Assembly: GCF_018350175.1 (NCBI RefSeq)
Contig: NC_058383.1
Location: 24,430,001 to 24,494,000 of the forward strand
Direction of reading: 5' to 3'
Source: Felis catus
Taxonomy: Eukaryota
DNA length: 64,000 nt
Below, one piece after another: positions 25,399-39,836 of this stretch. Both the position numbers and the translations under genes were made by a program. Below the pieces are notes generated by a model. It made no database searches and was not told the DNA's origin. It worked only from the letters and a program-made list of their open reading frames with translations. How positions within the stretch are numbered: the stretch's first letter is position 1; each line of letters begins with the position of its first letter.

Positions 25399-26470
25399 AG
25401 TTAGGGCCTTGGTATGAGTTCTGGCTTTGCCACTCTCGAGTTGTGATCTTGAGCAAGTAAACTAACCTTTCTAAGCCTTGGCTTGCTCATTGCAAAAGGA
25501 GGATTATGGTACCTTTTCTACAGGGCACCTAAAAATTAATAAGATACAGATGAAGAACTTGGCACAGCAGTAAGATACAACAAATGTTTAAAACGGGTTA
25601 TTCTGATCAGTAACCTCCATGGGCAACTGAAGGCTATTTTGGTGCTGGCAAAGAGAACTGCTATGCTATAAAAACAGGTGTTGGAAGGCAAGCAGCAGCT
25701 GAGCAATAGGGTTTTCTCTATTGCCAAGCAACAGTACTGCCCAATCAAGGTTATTGGGAGCAGTAAAGGAAACCTGTCAAGTAGCCAAGAATCACTTGGG
25801 GAACTTTGTATACACTTAGTTCATTGATCTAAGTTGATGACTTAGGTCTAAGGTACAGTTTAGAAATCTGCATACTTAACTGGCTACTTGATCTAACTCT
25901 GCAGTGAAATCCTCCAGTAATTAATTTTTCCTTTCGGAGATGGCCTCTGCCAACTTGGAGAGAGGCTAGAGTTTGCTGTAGACCAAGGGTCTGCCAACTA
26001 CAAACTGTGGATGGCCACATTGAGCCCATGATGTGCATGTATGCATGTGTGTGATAGTCCTTGAGCTAAGGATGGTTTTTAAAGACTTAAAAAGTACATG
26101 TTAGAAATGGTATGTGGCCTTAAAATCCTAAAATACTTATTAATAGTTAATAGAAAAAAGGTGGCTGTCCTTTGCTTGAGACTGAGTTCCCTGAACGAGG
26201 GGAAAATACCAAAGATGGCCCTGTCTAGCACCCAAACAATAGCTGATAAATACGTGCTCAATATTTGTTTGACTTGGGCAGAGGTGCCAAATTAGCTGGA
26301 ACCACGATATTCAAAGGTAAATGTCAAATCAAAACCTGAACTCTAATCCCTGAAGCTCAATAAACTATTTTCTGCCAAGACAGGAGTCTTACCTAGGATA
26401 TTTGAAAGCACTAGCTATAGCCTATCTTTGTATAGGAATGGTTACTTTCCAGAACCTGTGGTACTAGTAA

Positions 26471-26740
<270 letters not shown>

Positions 26741-27525
26741 TGATGGCTTCTCATTGTTACTGCAGGGGAAATGGGGTGGTCTACACAGAGCTGGTGTTAG
26801 GAACAGGATCAGGATTACAATCTGGTATTCACCACTAATTGATGATGTGGCTTTGGATTCATTTCTTGACCATATTGAGTCTTAGTTTCCAAGTCTTAAG
26901 CAGGAGACAATAGTACTTAACTCAAAGAATGGCCCTGAGAATTAACTGAGAAGGTATATACAGTGCTCAGCACATCATACCTGGCAGTAGAAAGGATTAC
27001 ATTGGTAGCTGCAATCACATTAAAAAACATGTGACAAATTGAATGCCCATGATGTGCCAGGTTTTGTGCCAGATGCTAAGATACAGTAAAAAAGCAAAAT
27101 AGCCCAATCTCCTACTCTGGGATTTTATAGTCTGACATAACTAATATCAACAATGGAAAAATAAATTCATCCTTGATTATAACAATGATAAAAAGGCATG
27201 ACTTGACTGAATGCTTGATTGCTGTGGACAAAGGGAAAAAATGAGCATCTAAGAACTTAGTGTCCCAATTTAAAACTGGAGGAGAGTTGTGATCTTGCAA
27301 TTGCTTTTTGTCATCGGAAGCCTGGAGATGAAATGATGTCTAAGGGCACAGCTAGTTTTCATGACTGGACTTGTGCCTCTTCTTACTCCACAACCAGACC
27401 TCTTGGTAGAAGTACACAGCCGTTGCTCTGGGTGTTCTACACATATTGACAGGTGGCATGATTTCAGAAACCTTCTCTGCCAAATCAAAGCCTCACATCA
27501 TGGTTTCTTTACTTTTTCTTTCTAG

Positions 27526-27567
27526 TTTACCTTTAATGTCATTCCTGGCCTGGCTGATGAAAATACG
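27526..27567 (+). CDS. ZP2: ZP2 exon 6 (contains the LADE cleavage motif)
   Basis: tctag| FTFNVIPGLADENT |gtatg; 42 nt. Confidence 0.95.
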
Positions 27568-27720
27568 GTATGAAAGTCACCTGTTAAATTACAGACCTAA
27601 GTAACCTTTAGTTCTATAGTAGAAGTGACCTAACTTCAATCTTGATTAAAATATTAAGTAGACAAATAGTCTTGGAGTTAAGGTGAGCACCAGCCCTCTA
27701 AATCAAACTTGTATCTTTAG

Positions 27721-27885
27721 GATATCAAGAATCCGATGGGATGGAGCATTGAGGTTGGTGATGGTACAAAAGCCAAAACTCTGACTCTTCAGGATGTCTT
27801 GAGACAAGGATACAATATCCTGTTTGATAACCACAAGATCACCTTCCAGGTGTCATTCAATGCCACTGGAGTGACTCACTACATG
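27721..27885 (+). CDS. ZP2: ZP2 exon 7
   Basis: tttag| [15 protein letters not shown]...NATGVTHYM |gtagg; 165 nt. Confidence 0.96.
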
Positions 27886-28580
27886 GTAGGTATGAATCTT
27901 CTTGTACCACTACCAAAGGACAGACCAATATTCTAAGTCTAAGCGTGGTCTCAACCATGTCTTCAAAATAACTGAGAATACAATTGATTGAACAGGTATC
28001 TTAATGCCTCCCATGTGCTAGGCGCTGCACTGAGTATGAAAGATAAAAGGATGAACAAAACAGATGTGTTCTTCCCATAGATCTATCTAGATCTACTCTA
28101 TGTGATCTAGGGTACCATGAAGGTCTTTGAGCAATTAAGATGTTGTTGTTAAACATCATAGAACAATGGTTGCTTGTAGAAATTGGTGCTTTGAGGGCCA
28201 ACAATGAAGACATGAAGTTAAATGAGTTAATGTGTGAAAGTAATTTAAACAGGTCCTAGCAGATAAGGGCTTAAATGTCAGCCATTTTAACAAGAACAGT
28301 CCTGTCACACATAGAATATAAACAGATTGCTGAGTTTTACAAACATTTTCTCTGAATGCTGTTAAGATAAAACCAGCTTTTGTTCACATCTGCCTAGGAG
28401 TGACGTATAGGTCCTACCAGTAGACAATACTGACTGGCCAGAGGTTAGGAGACATAAGATTTAAAAACTAGAACATTTGATAAACAGTCATTGGACAAAC
28501 TGCTTAAATTCTAGTTGGGCCAAAATAGTGCCCAATACTTGAGTATATGTTTGCCCTGATGACTCCTAGAGCATTTGTAA

Positions 28581-28784
<204 letters not shown>

Positions 28785-28801
28785 TAGGGGCTTAAAGCTG
28801 A

Positions 28802-29116
<315 letters not shown>

Positions 29117-29253
29117 TAGAATAGATGCAAAATCGAAGGCCTCATTTGATCACTTGGCCTAAGCGAATTCTCCAGTAACTGAAATTTACTCTGAAATATA
29201 CAGCCTCCTAAACCGCTGCAATGGAAGTATTCCTGTGTGGGGTTTTTTGTTTC

Positions 29254-29256
<3 letters not shown>

Positions 29257-29302
<46 letters not shown>
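29257..29302. repeat. (GT)n microsatellite in ZP2 intron 9
   Basis: Direct reading. Confidence 0.95.
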
Positions 29303-29304
<2 letters not shown>

Positions 29305-29828
29305 CTCAGCTCATCGAACTGATTATAAGTTGTTACTGATAACCCTCCTATGCCCTACTAAAAGCAGGACAGTTTGATCCAAACAAAAGTGTCCTGAACT
29401 GTTAACTTGGAGGCCAGTCTTGACTGATGGAATTGCCAGGGACACCAGAGAGTAATCTTAGGTTGGGGTAGTGTGTTTCGCAATAACATCTGACAACATT
29501 TGTAGAATGCTTGATTAATCAGACCTAGCTTGGCAGAGCACTCCACTCTTTGGAATTTGATCTGTAAATTCAGGCTTCAGTGAAAAGTACAAAGAGCATG
29601 CAGAGCTGGGTATTTCAGGGCATGAGTTTAAAGCAATAAATTTCCTGCCTAGGAAAGCATCCTGATCTGGAGAAGTGATAGGATCTTGCTTGTTGTGGTT
29701 TGAAGGGAATCCAGATTAATTCTAGAGTGTGCCCTACAGGTATTCAGTGTACTTCCTTCCTGCTTCACTGGGACTGTTCTGGGCCCCCAAGGCTGTGGCT
29801 GCTAATTTATATTCCTCTCTCTTTGCAG

Positions 29829-29955
29829 TTCTCTGAAAAATGCCTACCCTATCAGTTCTACTTAGCTTCACTCAAGCTGACCTTTGCCTTTAATCAAGAG
29901 ACTATATCCACGGTGCTTTATCCTGAGTGTGTCTGTGAGTCACCAGTTTCTATAG
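29829..29955 (+). CDS. ZP2: ZP2 exon 10
   Basis: tgcag| [17 protein letters not shown]...[10 protein letters not shown] |gtaaa; 127 nt. Confidence 0.96.
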
Positions 29956-30501
29956 GTAAAAACATTTCCAAGAAAAATGGTTTTTTACATTATTTCTCCC
30001 TTAGCCTTTCTGTAGGTCAGAATGGGTACAGAAGTTCGGACTCTGTATTGCTTCTACTGAGGAAACTGATCAGATCAGAAATCTCAGTATAGCTACTAAA
30101 ACAGCATCCTAAGTAGATAAGCTCTCCAAAAGACAGTGATAGGTACCTGTATGTATAAGGGATCCATGTTTAAGTAGCCTGGATATATTGTGGCTTAGGA
30201 GCCTGAGCCCACCATCTAAATAAGATTGATCCAAACCTGTAACTATAAGGGCTACAAAAGTTGAAAAGACTTCCCCCAAATGCTGCTAAGTGGCTCAAAA
30301 ACAGGGAGTAGGTATTTCTTAAGTATTGCCTCTGCCCCTGTGCTTCTTATTTACTAACCTGTATCCAGTCCAGCCAATGAGAAAACTAGCTCCTGCATCC
30401 ACTACCCTCCATCCTTGCCCTCCCCAAACCACTCAGGATTTGTGAGTCTTGAAATAAGGGACATGATGATACAAGGCATTACACTTTAAGCCATAATCTG
30501 A

Positions 30502-30840
<339 letters not shown>

Positions 30841-30872
30841 TGACTTCGAGGTCACTTGTTAGTAGCTTCTAA

Positions 30873-30989
<117 letters not shown>

Positions 30990-31084
30990 TAAATTGCTAC
31001 TTGTTAAGCTCCAGATGAAATTCAAGCAGGATCCTAACCTAAAATTCTTCTGTACCACCTTGCCCCTCCCCTAATGTCTTACAG

Positions 31085-31209
31085 AATGACAGTGCAGTGC
31101 CATTACAGCAAAGGTGACCTGCTAATAAATACCAGAGTCCAAAGTCTTCCTCCTCCAGAGGCCTCAGTGAGGCCAGGTCCACTTGCCTTAATGCTGCAAA
31201 CCTACCCAG
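31085..31209 (+). CDS. ZP2: ZP2 exon 13
   Basis: tacag| [15 protein letters not shown]...[11 protein letters not shown] |gtgag; 125 nt. Confidence 0.96.
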
Positions 31210-31237
31210 GTGAGATGTTACAACCTAAAAAATCTGC

Positions 31238-31445
31238 TTGGGGCACTTATGTGGCTCAGTTGGTTAAGTGTTCAACTTTGGCTCAGGTCATGATCTCACA
31301 GTTACTGAGTTCCAGCCCTGCTCTGCTTACAGTGCAGAACCTGCTTTGGATCCTGTCTCCCTCTATCTACTCCTCCCTTGCTCACCTCCTCACTTTCTCA
31401 AAAAAAAAAAAAAAAAAAAAAACACTGAAAAAAAAATTTAAAAAA
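31238..31445 (+). mobile_element. CAN-SINE in ZP2 intron 13
   Basis: gggcacttatgtggctcagttggttaag head and long A tail. Confidence 0.88.
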
Positions 31446-31564
31446 ACCTGCTGAAATCCTTTGAGGTAAATCTTCCCTAACCTGAACTTTGTGATGATGC
31501 CAGACTAATGGAACATTAGTGATGCTTTAGCTCCTATTGCAACCATCAACCACTTGAATACTGA

Positions 31565-31777
<213 letters not shown>

Positions 31778-32079
31778 TAGGTATTCTCTATAGATAAGGT
31801 AGCTCAGCTAATCAAAACACCAGTGAAGCGACTCCTGGTTGGCTCCGTTCAGCATGTGACTTTTGATCTCAGGATTGTGTGTGAGCCCCGTGTTGGGTGT
31901 AGAGATTACTTTTAAAAAGTTTAGGAAAAAAAAAGGCCAGTGAGAAGATAAAACCCTCTAGGGTTTCAGAAGAGCACTAGGTCACAAAAGTGCTGATTTT
32001 GGTACTCATTAGTAACCAGTCATTGGTCCAGTAGGATGATACATTTTGCTCTTAAACTTGAATCTAAAAGAATGGGTTC

Positions 32080-32290
32080 GGGGCGCCTGGGTGGCGCAGT
32101 CGGTTAAGCGTCCGACTTCAGCCAGGTCATGATCTCGCGGTCCGTGAGTTCGAGCCCCGTGTCAGGCTCTGGGCTGATGGCCTGGAGCCTGTTTCCGATT
32201 CTGTGTCTCCCTCTCTCCCTGCCCCTCCCCCGTTCATGCTCTGTCTCTCTCTGTCCCAAAAATAAATAAACGTTGAAAAAAATAAATAAA
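32080..32290 (+). mobile_element. Young SINEC_Fc with perfect 15-bp TSD
   Basis: TSD taaaagaatgggttc at 32065-32079 and 32291-32305; CpG-rich head. Confidence 0.95.
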
Positions 32291-32796
32291 TAAAAGAATG
32301 GGTTCCTCTCCAAGGATGCCAGGCTCTAATACTTTTGATCTAGAGAGAAGAGATTGCCAGTTCCTATTCACCCATGTTCCAAGCAAGGTGCTATGTACTC
32401 AACATGCATTAGTTGAACCTCCTCACGCTATGAAAAGACACTAGCCACCCCACTTCATGATAAAACCCAAGCTGGCTGCTTAAATGACTAGCCAAAATAA
32501 GATGTAGTAAATAGTGGGATTTAAATGCCTATCTGACTCGAGCCATAATGCTCTGAAGCTGTGACTAGACACATGTGAATTGGTGGCTGTCCTCCCAGCT
32601 CTGCCCTCAAGGGTCTTCATCTGTATAGAAACCATAGATTATCTTCCTTGAAGCCCTTAGAATCTGTTCCTAAACTCTTAAACTCCAGGTACACTCTTGG
32701 TCCAGGACTACATGTAGCCCACCTAACATAAGATTTTCTCTACAGCTACCAACCTCTGGTATGATCAGAGTTAAAATAGCAGTAGTTCTCTTCTAT

Positions 32797-32992
32797 TTTT
32801 TTACTGTTTTATTTTTGAGAGAGGAGAGAGAGAAGTGAGGGGGGATGGGCAGAGGGAGACACAGAATCCAAAGCAGGCCCCAGGCTCTGAGCTGCCAGCA
32901 CAGAGCCTGATGTGGGGCTCAAACTCCTGGACTATGAGATCATGACCTGAGCCAAAGTTGGTTGCTCAACCAAGTGAGCCACTCCGGCACCC
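32797..32992 (-). mobile_element. CAN-SINE
   Basis: SINE body ending gagccactccggcacccc. Confidence 0.88.
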
Positions 32993-33356
32993 CAATTCTC
33001 TACTTTCCTTGTCCCTGATCTATACAAACTGCCTGGGATAAAATAGGTACTCAGATGAGTATGGAAGGATTAAGCCAATGTCCGATGAAAACACACATAT
33101 AAAACGTGAGGTTCTTGATAAGTTTAGCTGGCAAACAAATAGGTACTTAAATTTTACTAATGCATCTTCGAAAAACAGAACTAGCATATACAACTCATGA
33201 CTTAATATTGGTGGAGACGCTATGTCAGAAGTATAGTAAAAAAAAATGTACAGGTAGAAGGTAGAACAATTCTGAAAGTGTTTGAATACACATAGCTGAA
33301 TATGGGCAGATGTTGAGTTAAACTTCAGGGAAAATGAAGCTGATAATCTTTGCTGA

Positions 33357-33515
<159 letters not shown>

Positions 33516-33562
33516 TAAGTCACCTGGGACAAGTCAAAAGTGAGTGCATCAGTTCCACTTAA

Positions 33563-33703
<141 letters not shown>

Positions 33704-34273
33704 TGAGTTATCAAAGCAAGACTGGTCTTTATAGAACTAGAAACTAAGAATAAGGGCTTCGGGGTGCTTGGATGGCTCAGTTGCTAGAGCATGGAATTCT
33801 TGATCTCAGGAATGTGAATTTGAGCCCCAAGTGTGGTGAAGAGTTGACATGAAAAAAAAAAAGTTAAAAGAAAAAAAGGAGGGGGGTTGATTGAGACTCT
33901 TCATTCAGTTCCAAGAAACCTTCTTAGCCCAGTCTGCCCTGCCAATAGAATAAGACTGAGATGACCAGTTCTTGATAAGACTATGGGCAAATTTGGTTTT
34001 ATACATGTTCTGGAGCCTGATGTTTTACAAACATGACTCCCAAAAGTTACTATGCTGGAGTCCAGGTTGACTCGGAACTTAATCTTTGAATATTCTCAGA
34101 GATTTTATCCTATTCTTACCCTAAGGTGTATGTCCTCTCCTGCAAAGGTGGGGAAAACCCACATAGAACAGGGGACTCGATGGAGATGTGCTCAAAAGAG
34201 TCCATCAACACCCCTCTCTACTACACGCTATTTCAGAGGTCAGACAGACACAAATGCCAATTTCTCCCTCCAG

Positions 34274-34357
34274 CCACAGGCACCACTGAAGAAGAGAAAA
34301 TGATAGTGAGTCTTCCAGGACCCATCCTCCTGCTGTCAGATAGCTCTTCACTCAGAG
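34274..34357 (+). CDS. ZP2: ZP2 exon 17 (external hydrophobic patch)
   Basis: tccag| [27 protein letters not shown] |gtatg; 84 nt. Confidence 0.96.
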
Positions 34358-35142
34358 GTATGGAGCTAAAGCTTAGGGTACTTCCTGAACTCAATTTCAT
34401 ACCTTTTATGTTGAATTTAACCATACATGAGTAATACATGATTATAGTAATTCTAAGCAGTGAAAGAATCTCTAAGGAAGAGAAAGGAGTATCTCTTCCT
34501 AGCTATACTTCATTAAGTCTCTTGTGTACTCTTCCAAAAATCCCCCTTAAAAAAAAATCTCCCTTTAACACAAGTGGAATCATATTTTCTACCTGCTTTC
34601 TATGATTTTACACTTAAACACTTAAATCTGTACAGAGGGCACCTCACAGCTAACAGCTACATAGTACTGCATGCATACAGCTGTAGTTTAGCCACAGTCC
34701 TCAATCAAGGACCTGTAGGTTACTTCAAGCTCTGTCAATAATGTCACAGTAGAATACTCTTAAATCTTTGCCAATTAAACAAATTCAGGATATCTTTCTA
34801 GAAGTGAAACTATGAGATCAGAATGAATGTGCCTTACCACTGCCAAATTTGAGTCTGTACTAGATGGTGTTCCTGGTCATATCCCATATCCTCATCACAA
34901 ATGGTCTTAATTTTAGGCTTAAAATTGGAAATTGCAAGTTTTGTTAGGGACTTAAGACAGTGTAAGAAATTGTACATTCGAGGTCATCTCTGAATTGTGG
35001 AGGAGGAGGTTGGCTCAAAGAGTAAGACTAAATACTCTATTGCAAGCTTCCCAAAGGAGACATTAGAGGCATAATTTAACTTCTCTGGGGAGCCTAAGGC
35101 TTGAACTTAAGCCTTGAGATTTGAAATGATCTTAAGACCTGA

Positions 35143-35304
<162 letters not shown>

Positions 35305-35313
35305 GGATTTTCA

Positions 35314-35319
35314 AATAAA
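35314..35319 (+). terminator. ZP2 polyadenylation signal
   Basis: AATAAA 9 nt after the stop codon, with T-rich sequence downstream. Confidence 0.85.
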
Positions 35320-36167
35320 ATGGTTGAAGTAAGCTACTTGCTTTTTACCTCATTAACCTTACATGGAGTGTTCTCTTATAGTCATGCTTTAATGGTAACC
35401 GTAGGACCTTTCCACAACCCCAATGGGCTTTAGTCTGTGTGGATGTGAATAAGGAAATGTGTGACTTCAGTGCTTACTATCAACGCAGCTTTGACGTCCT
35501 TAACCAAAACTGGTAGAGCCAGAGAATTAAACAGTGGCTCTTGACTACAGAGACAAGTCTTAAACTCCTCCATTCATCTATGCAAGACTAAAAGACAAGA
35601 AATCACCCCTAGTCACTGGCATGATTTTCTTTGTCTAGATGGGCAGGGAAACCATGTGTTCCCAAGGAATTAATTGGATTTATCTAGTGTTCTGCTCCAA
35701 CATTGCCTAATGGAAATTATTCCTTGAAAATTTACCTGAGAACTTGAGGTATTCAGTCACATTCTTCCCTGTATTCCTCATGCAATTCAAGACCAGCAAT
35801 CTCCTTTGGAGGGATAAAATTAGAAGGTTCTAGTTTACATAAGTGCAATTACAACATTTCTAGTCTCATTAAGACTCCACAGCTGAACACCAGCCCCTTA
35901 GCTGAGCTGGAGAGTGGCTTTCCCCACTACCAACACATGATTGTTCATTCTTCCTGAGCCTTTTTTCCCTCAGGGTCCCCTAGCTTCTGCTATGCTGCAA
36001 TAAAATCAGTATGACTAGTGTTTGCTTCACACTGAAGCTCTAACAGACCATCTTCAAGATAACTAATGGAGAATATAAGCGAGTTCATTTCTATAACTAG
36101 AAAAAGCCTAGGTCTAAACGAGAACTTGTTTTGGAAAAAAGTCATAAAGCTTTTAAATGTCTGAACA

Positions 36168-36350
36168 GGGGTGTGCCTGGGTGGTTCAGACAACTGGGCA
36201 TCTGGCTCTTCATTTTGGCTCAAGTCATGATCCCACAATGGTGGGATTGAGGCCTGAGTTGGGCTATGCACCGGGCATGTAGCCAGCTTAAGATTCTCTC
36301 CCTCTTCCTCTGGTCAGCCCCTACTTACATGTGTGTTCTCTCAAAAGAAA
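36168..36350 (+). mobile_element. Older CAN-SINE
   Basis: ggggtgtgcctgggtggttcag head. Confidence 0.8.
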
Positions 36351-38305
36351 AATTACATATCTGTACATGGCAGGGAGGTGAAAACAGTGTTTTGTGGACT
36401 TCTTCAACCCTCAATTGGGAAATGTCATAATCTGGTTTTGTTAAGTGTTGTTTCCTCAAGAAGGCTATGTATAATGTAGGTCTTATATATTGGAAGGAGG
36501 AATCCAATATTAATTTCCATTCATTAGATATAGATGGTAGAACTCATCCCTGGTGTGGGGAAGGAAACCCCACACCATTATAGGAAATGTCTTGTCTGTC
36601 TAGAGTAACAGAGGTTAAAAATTCAAGTTATCTCATCAAAGCCATTCTTTAAATACTGCTTGATAAGAGAATACGGCCTTAACCTACTAATGACGAATGG
36701 TGTTAGAGTCCAACTTTTCTGTGACTATCCTGTAACAGTGTTACATATGAGAACCAGAAATCTTGCATATGCTGTACTTTGTAAAATGGCACTTAAGAGT
36801 TGGCCACTTAAGTGGCTTCCTGATCTCCCCAAGTCTATATGGACTGGGCAAATGTGGTAAGGGTCCTGACAAGGGGCTATTATGCAATAGGGTCCAATCA
36901 CATGGGTCCCTATAAAAAGGGTAGATAGATCAGAATCACATCATGTCCCAAAGGGAGAAATCAGAATGACATGGGCTACAAGCCACGGAATGCAGGCAGC
37001 CTATATTAGGTGGGGCATGGCAAGCAAATATATTCTCTCCTAGAATACAGCCCTGATGCCCCATTTTGGACTTCTGATTTCAAGTTGCAAAATAACCTGT
37101 GTTTTAAACCACTCAGTTTGTATTAATTTCTTAAAACAGCAATAGGAAACAAATATAACCTCTAATGCGTCCCTACAGCCAACACTTTGCTAGAAATGCA
37201 TACATTTTACAGAAGAGCAACTTGAACCCTAGTGTAGCTTGTCCAGGATATCACTGTGTCTTGATCATGAAGCTGGAGCTTCTCATCCCCAGATTGGTCT
37301 GTTTGTGTAGAGTCAGGATCAAGGTGACCTGGGCTCCAGGGTGCCGCCACAGACTTGTTTCTGATGTTTGCCACAAATGCTTGGGCAGAACTCAGAAAAG
37401 CTAACCGGCTGTGGAACAGCTGCTAGGATGAATACTTGTTGCCATGGTAACCTGGAACAAGTGTAAGAGTGATTGAAGAAAGTCACGTTCTCAACTTTGG
37501 GTGGTACGCATCCTGCCATATGTGGGGGAAGCAGCCTAGCTGTGTGGGGAGTGAGCTCAAATCCCAAGAGGCTGCTCCTTCACCCAGTGTCTGCAATCTA
37601 CCTTATCCAGTAAGCATAAGCTGTAATTGTGACACAGGTCTCAGGAGGTAGATGAAGGGCATGTGGGATTCTAACACTCAGCCCAACGGTTCCATGGGTG
37701 GAGGTTACAGGGGTTGGTAATGGACCTATGAGCCTTGGGAAGTCCCCTCTAACATTGAACTTTTCTTTCCTGCCATTCTGCTGACTTGGGTGGTTTTATG
37801 AAATTTGTAGGGTTCTAGAATAAGGGCTAGAATAAGGTTTGTGTTCTAGTTCTGTCTCTCTCTTGCTGCATGACTTTGGGCAGATGGAACACAATCTCTG
37901 AGTATACTTCCACATCTGTAAAATGGGAATAAAACTTATTTGGGGGCATCTGGCTGGTTTTGTTAGTAGAGCATGTGACTCTTGATCTTGGGGTTGTAGG
38001 TCCCAGCCCCATACTGGGCACAGAGATTACTTAAAATCTTAAAAAAACAAAGCCTACTTAGAAAGCACGTGAGCATTCAATAAGATAGTCAATCATCAAG
38101 TTCTTGTGTATGTGCTGCCCCATCAGCATTGGAGCCATCTAAATAAAACCTCGGAGATAAAATTATAAGCAACTGAAGGTAGGATATAACTATGTACTAG
38201 GTAACAGGTAGTTAATCAGGCATATATTTTGAAAAATAAACATGTCCTGACCCCACTTACTAAACTGGAATCTTTAAGGAGGGGTGTCTAAGCATGTTTA
38301 GGCTC

Positions 38306-38795
38306 TGTGGGAGGCCAAAGAATGGCCCTCAAATATCCATGTCCTAATTTCAGAAGTATGTGAAATGTTACCTTCCATGGGAAAAGAGGATTTTGAGTAC
38401 ATGATTAATTTCGGGGTCCTGGATAGGGAAATTATCTGAATTATCCCTGTGGGCCCTAACTTCAATCACAAGGATCCCTGTAAGAGAGAAACAGGGTGAG
38501 ATCTGACCACAGGAGGACAAGGCAATGTGACGATGGCAGCAGAGACTGGAATGATGCACAGTGAGCACAAGGGAGGAGCTACCAGCCAAGGAAAACAAAT
38601 GGACACCAGAAGCTAAAGGAGTCCAGGAAAAGGACTCTCCCCTAGAGCCTCCAGAAGGAAATAGCCTCACTTGCATGCATCTTGACTTCAGCCTAGTGAA
38701 ACTGATTTCAAATTTCTGACCTCCAAAATAAATCGGTTATTTTTAAGCCCCTGAGCTTGTGGTAATTTGTTACAGCAGCAAAAGGAAACTAAAGC
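38306..38795 (+). mobile_element. MaLR LTR (MLT1D-like)
   Basis: tgtgggaggccaaagaatggccc, gactctcccctagagcctccagaagg and gttacagcagcaaaaggaaact motifs. Confidence 0.8.
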
Positions 38796-39235
38796 AAAGC
38801 TCCTCCTGTGAGTCTGACATACACCCCTGGGTAAGAATCGCTGTGTTAAACAAAGCGATTGGTGGCAAACTTTGTCATAGACGTGTTACAAACACACATG
38901 GTTGCTCCTATATAGAGTCGAAGAACATGGGAACAGTTTATCATCTCAAGGACTTGGCAAATTCAAGTAGCAACCAGCCTCGTTTCTAAACCATAGTATA
39001 TCCTGGTGAAATAGAAGAATTGCAGAGAACAGAAGTCCATCCTGATGTGGGAATTTAAGTTGTAACCCGTTGAGTTACCAGAATGCGAATTTCCTTTTAT
39101 GGTTGTCACTACTGGGTCAATAAGCAGAAAATACATAGAGTTACATTGCTTCTGGCTTGAAGGTGGTGGTGCATGGAGAGGCAAGCCACTTCACTGTGGG
39201 CAGAAGGGCAGGACAGGGGGGTCAGCAGAAGGTAG

Positions 39236-39533
39236 TGTTATGTAACCAGGCTGGAACGCTGGTGGAAACACCAAGCAGCACTTGGAGATTTTGGTGGATC
39301 GGAGATTTATTTAACACCGGCGGGCGCAGAGGAGACCGTTTCTCCAAAGATCTGAGCGCTGAATGCAAGTGGGGAGGGTAATTTATAGTTGTCAGCTTCC
39401 ACATCTGTGGGGGTTTTCACACGCGCAGCAAACAAAGGAAGAAGAACCCGGAGGAGGGGGTCTTTAAACTAGAGACCAGAGTTTGTTTTAGCGCCATCAG
39501 CCATTTTGGCGTACTTTATTCACTTCTCCAACA
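39236..39533 (-). mobile_element. Solo ERV LTR, 298 bp, 4-bp TSD
   Basis: TGTT...AACA termini; TSD gtag at 39232-39235 and 39534-39537; minus-strand TATAAA (39382-39387) and AATAAA (39306-39311). Confidence 0.88.
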
Positions 39534-39836
39534 GTAGAACATGCAGTGTCCATGGTCTTGGTCATAGCAGCTTCCACCTGATGAGTCAATGGACTCCAGT
39601 GTGCATAGGGTGGGCTACTGGGTGGCAGGAGTAACGACTTCTTCTCTTGAGAGTAGATTTCCCTGCCAGAGGTTAGCATTTTGGCTAAGCTTCTTGGTCC
39701 TGACCTTTGATCACAGGGCACCTGAAGAACTTTATTTTGTGAATAAACACAACTAGAACAGTCATGAGTGCACTGGAACAGACAGCGTAGTGTTGGCTGC
39801 TTAATCAGAAAGGGTTTTCTTCCCCCTTTCTTTTAC

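Noticed and set aside
31074..31454. ORF running from ZP2 exon 13 into a SINE with poly-Lys
   Set aside because: Read-through past a strong GTGAG donor; the poly-Lys is the SINE A tail.
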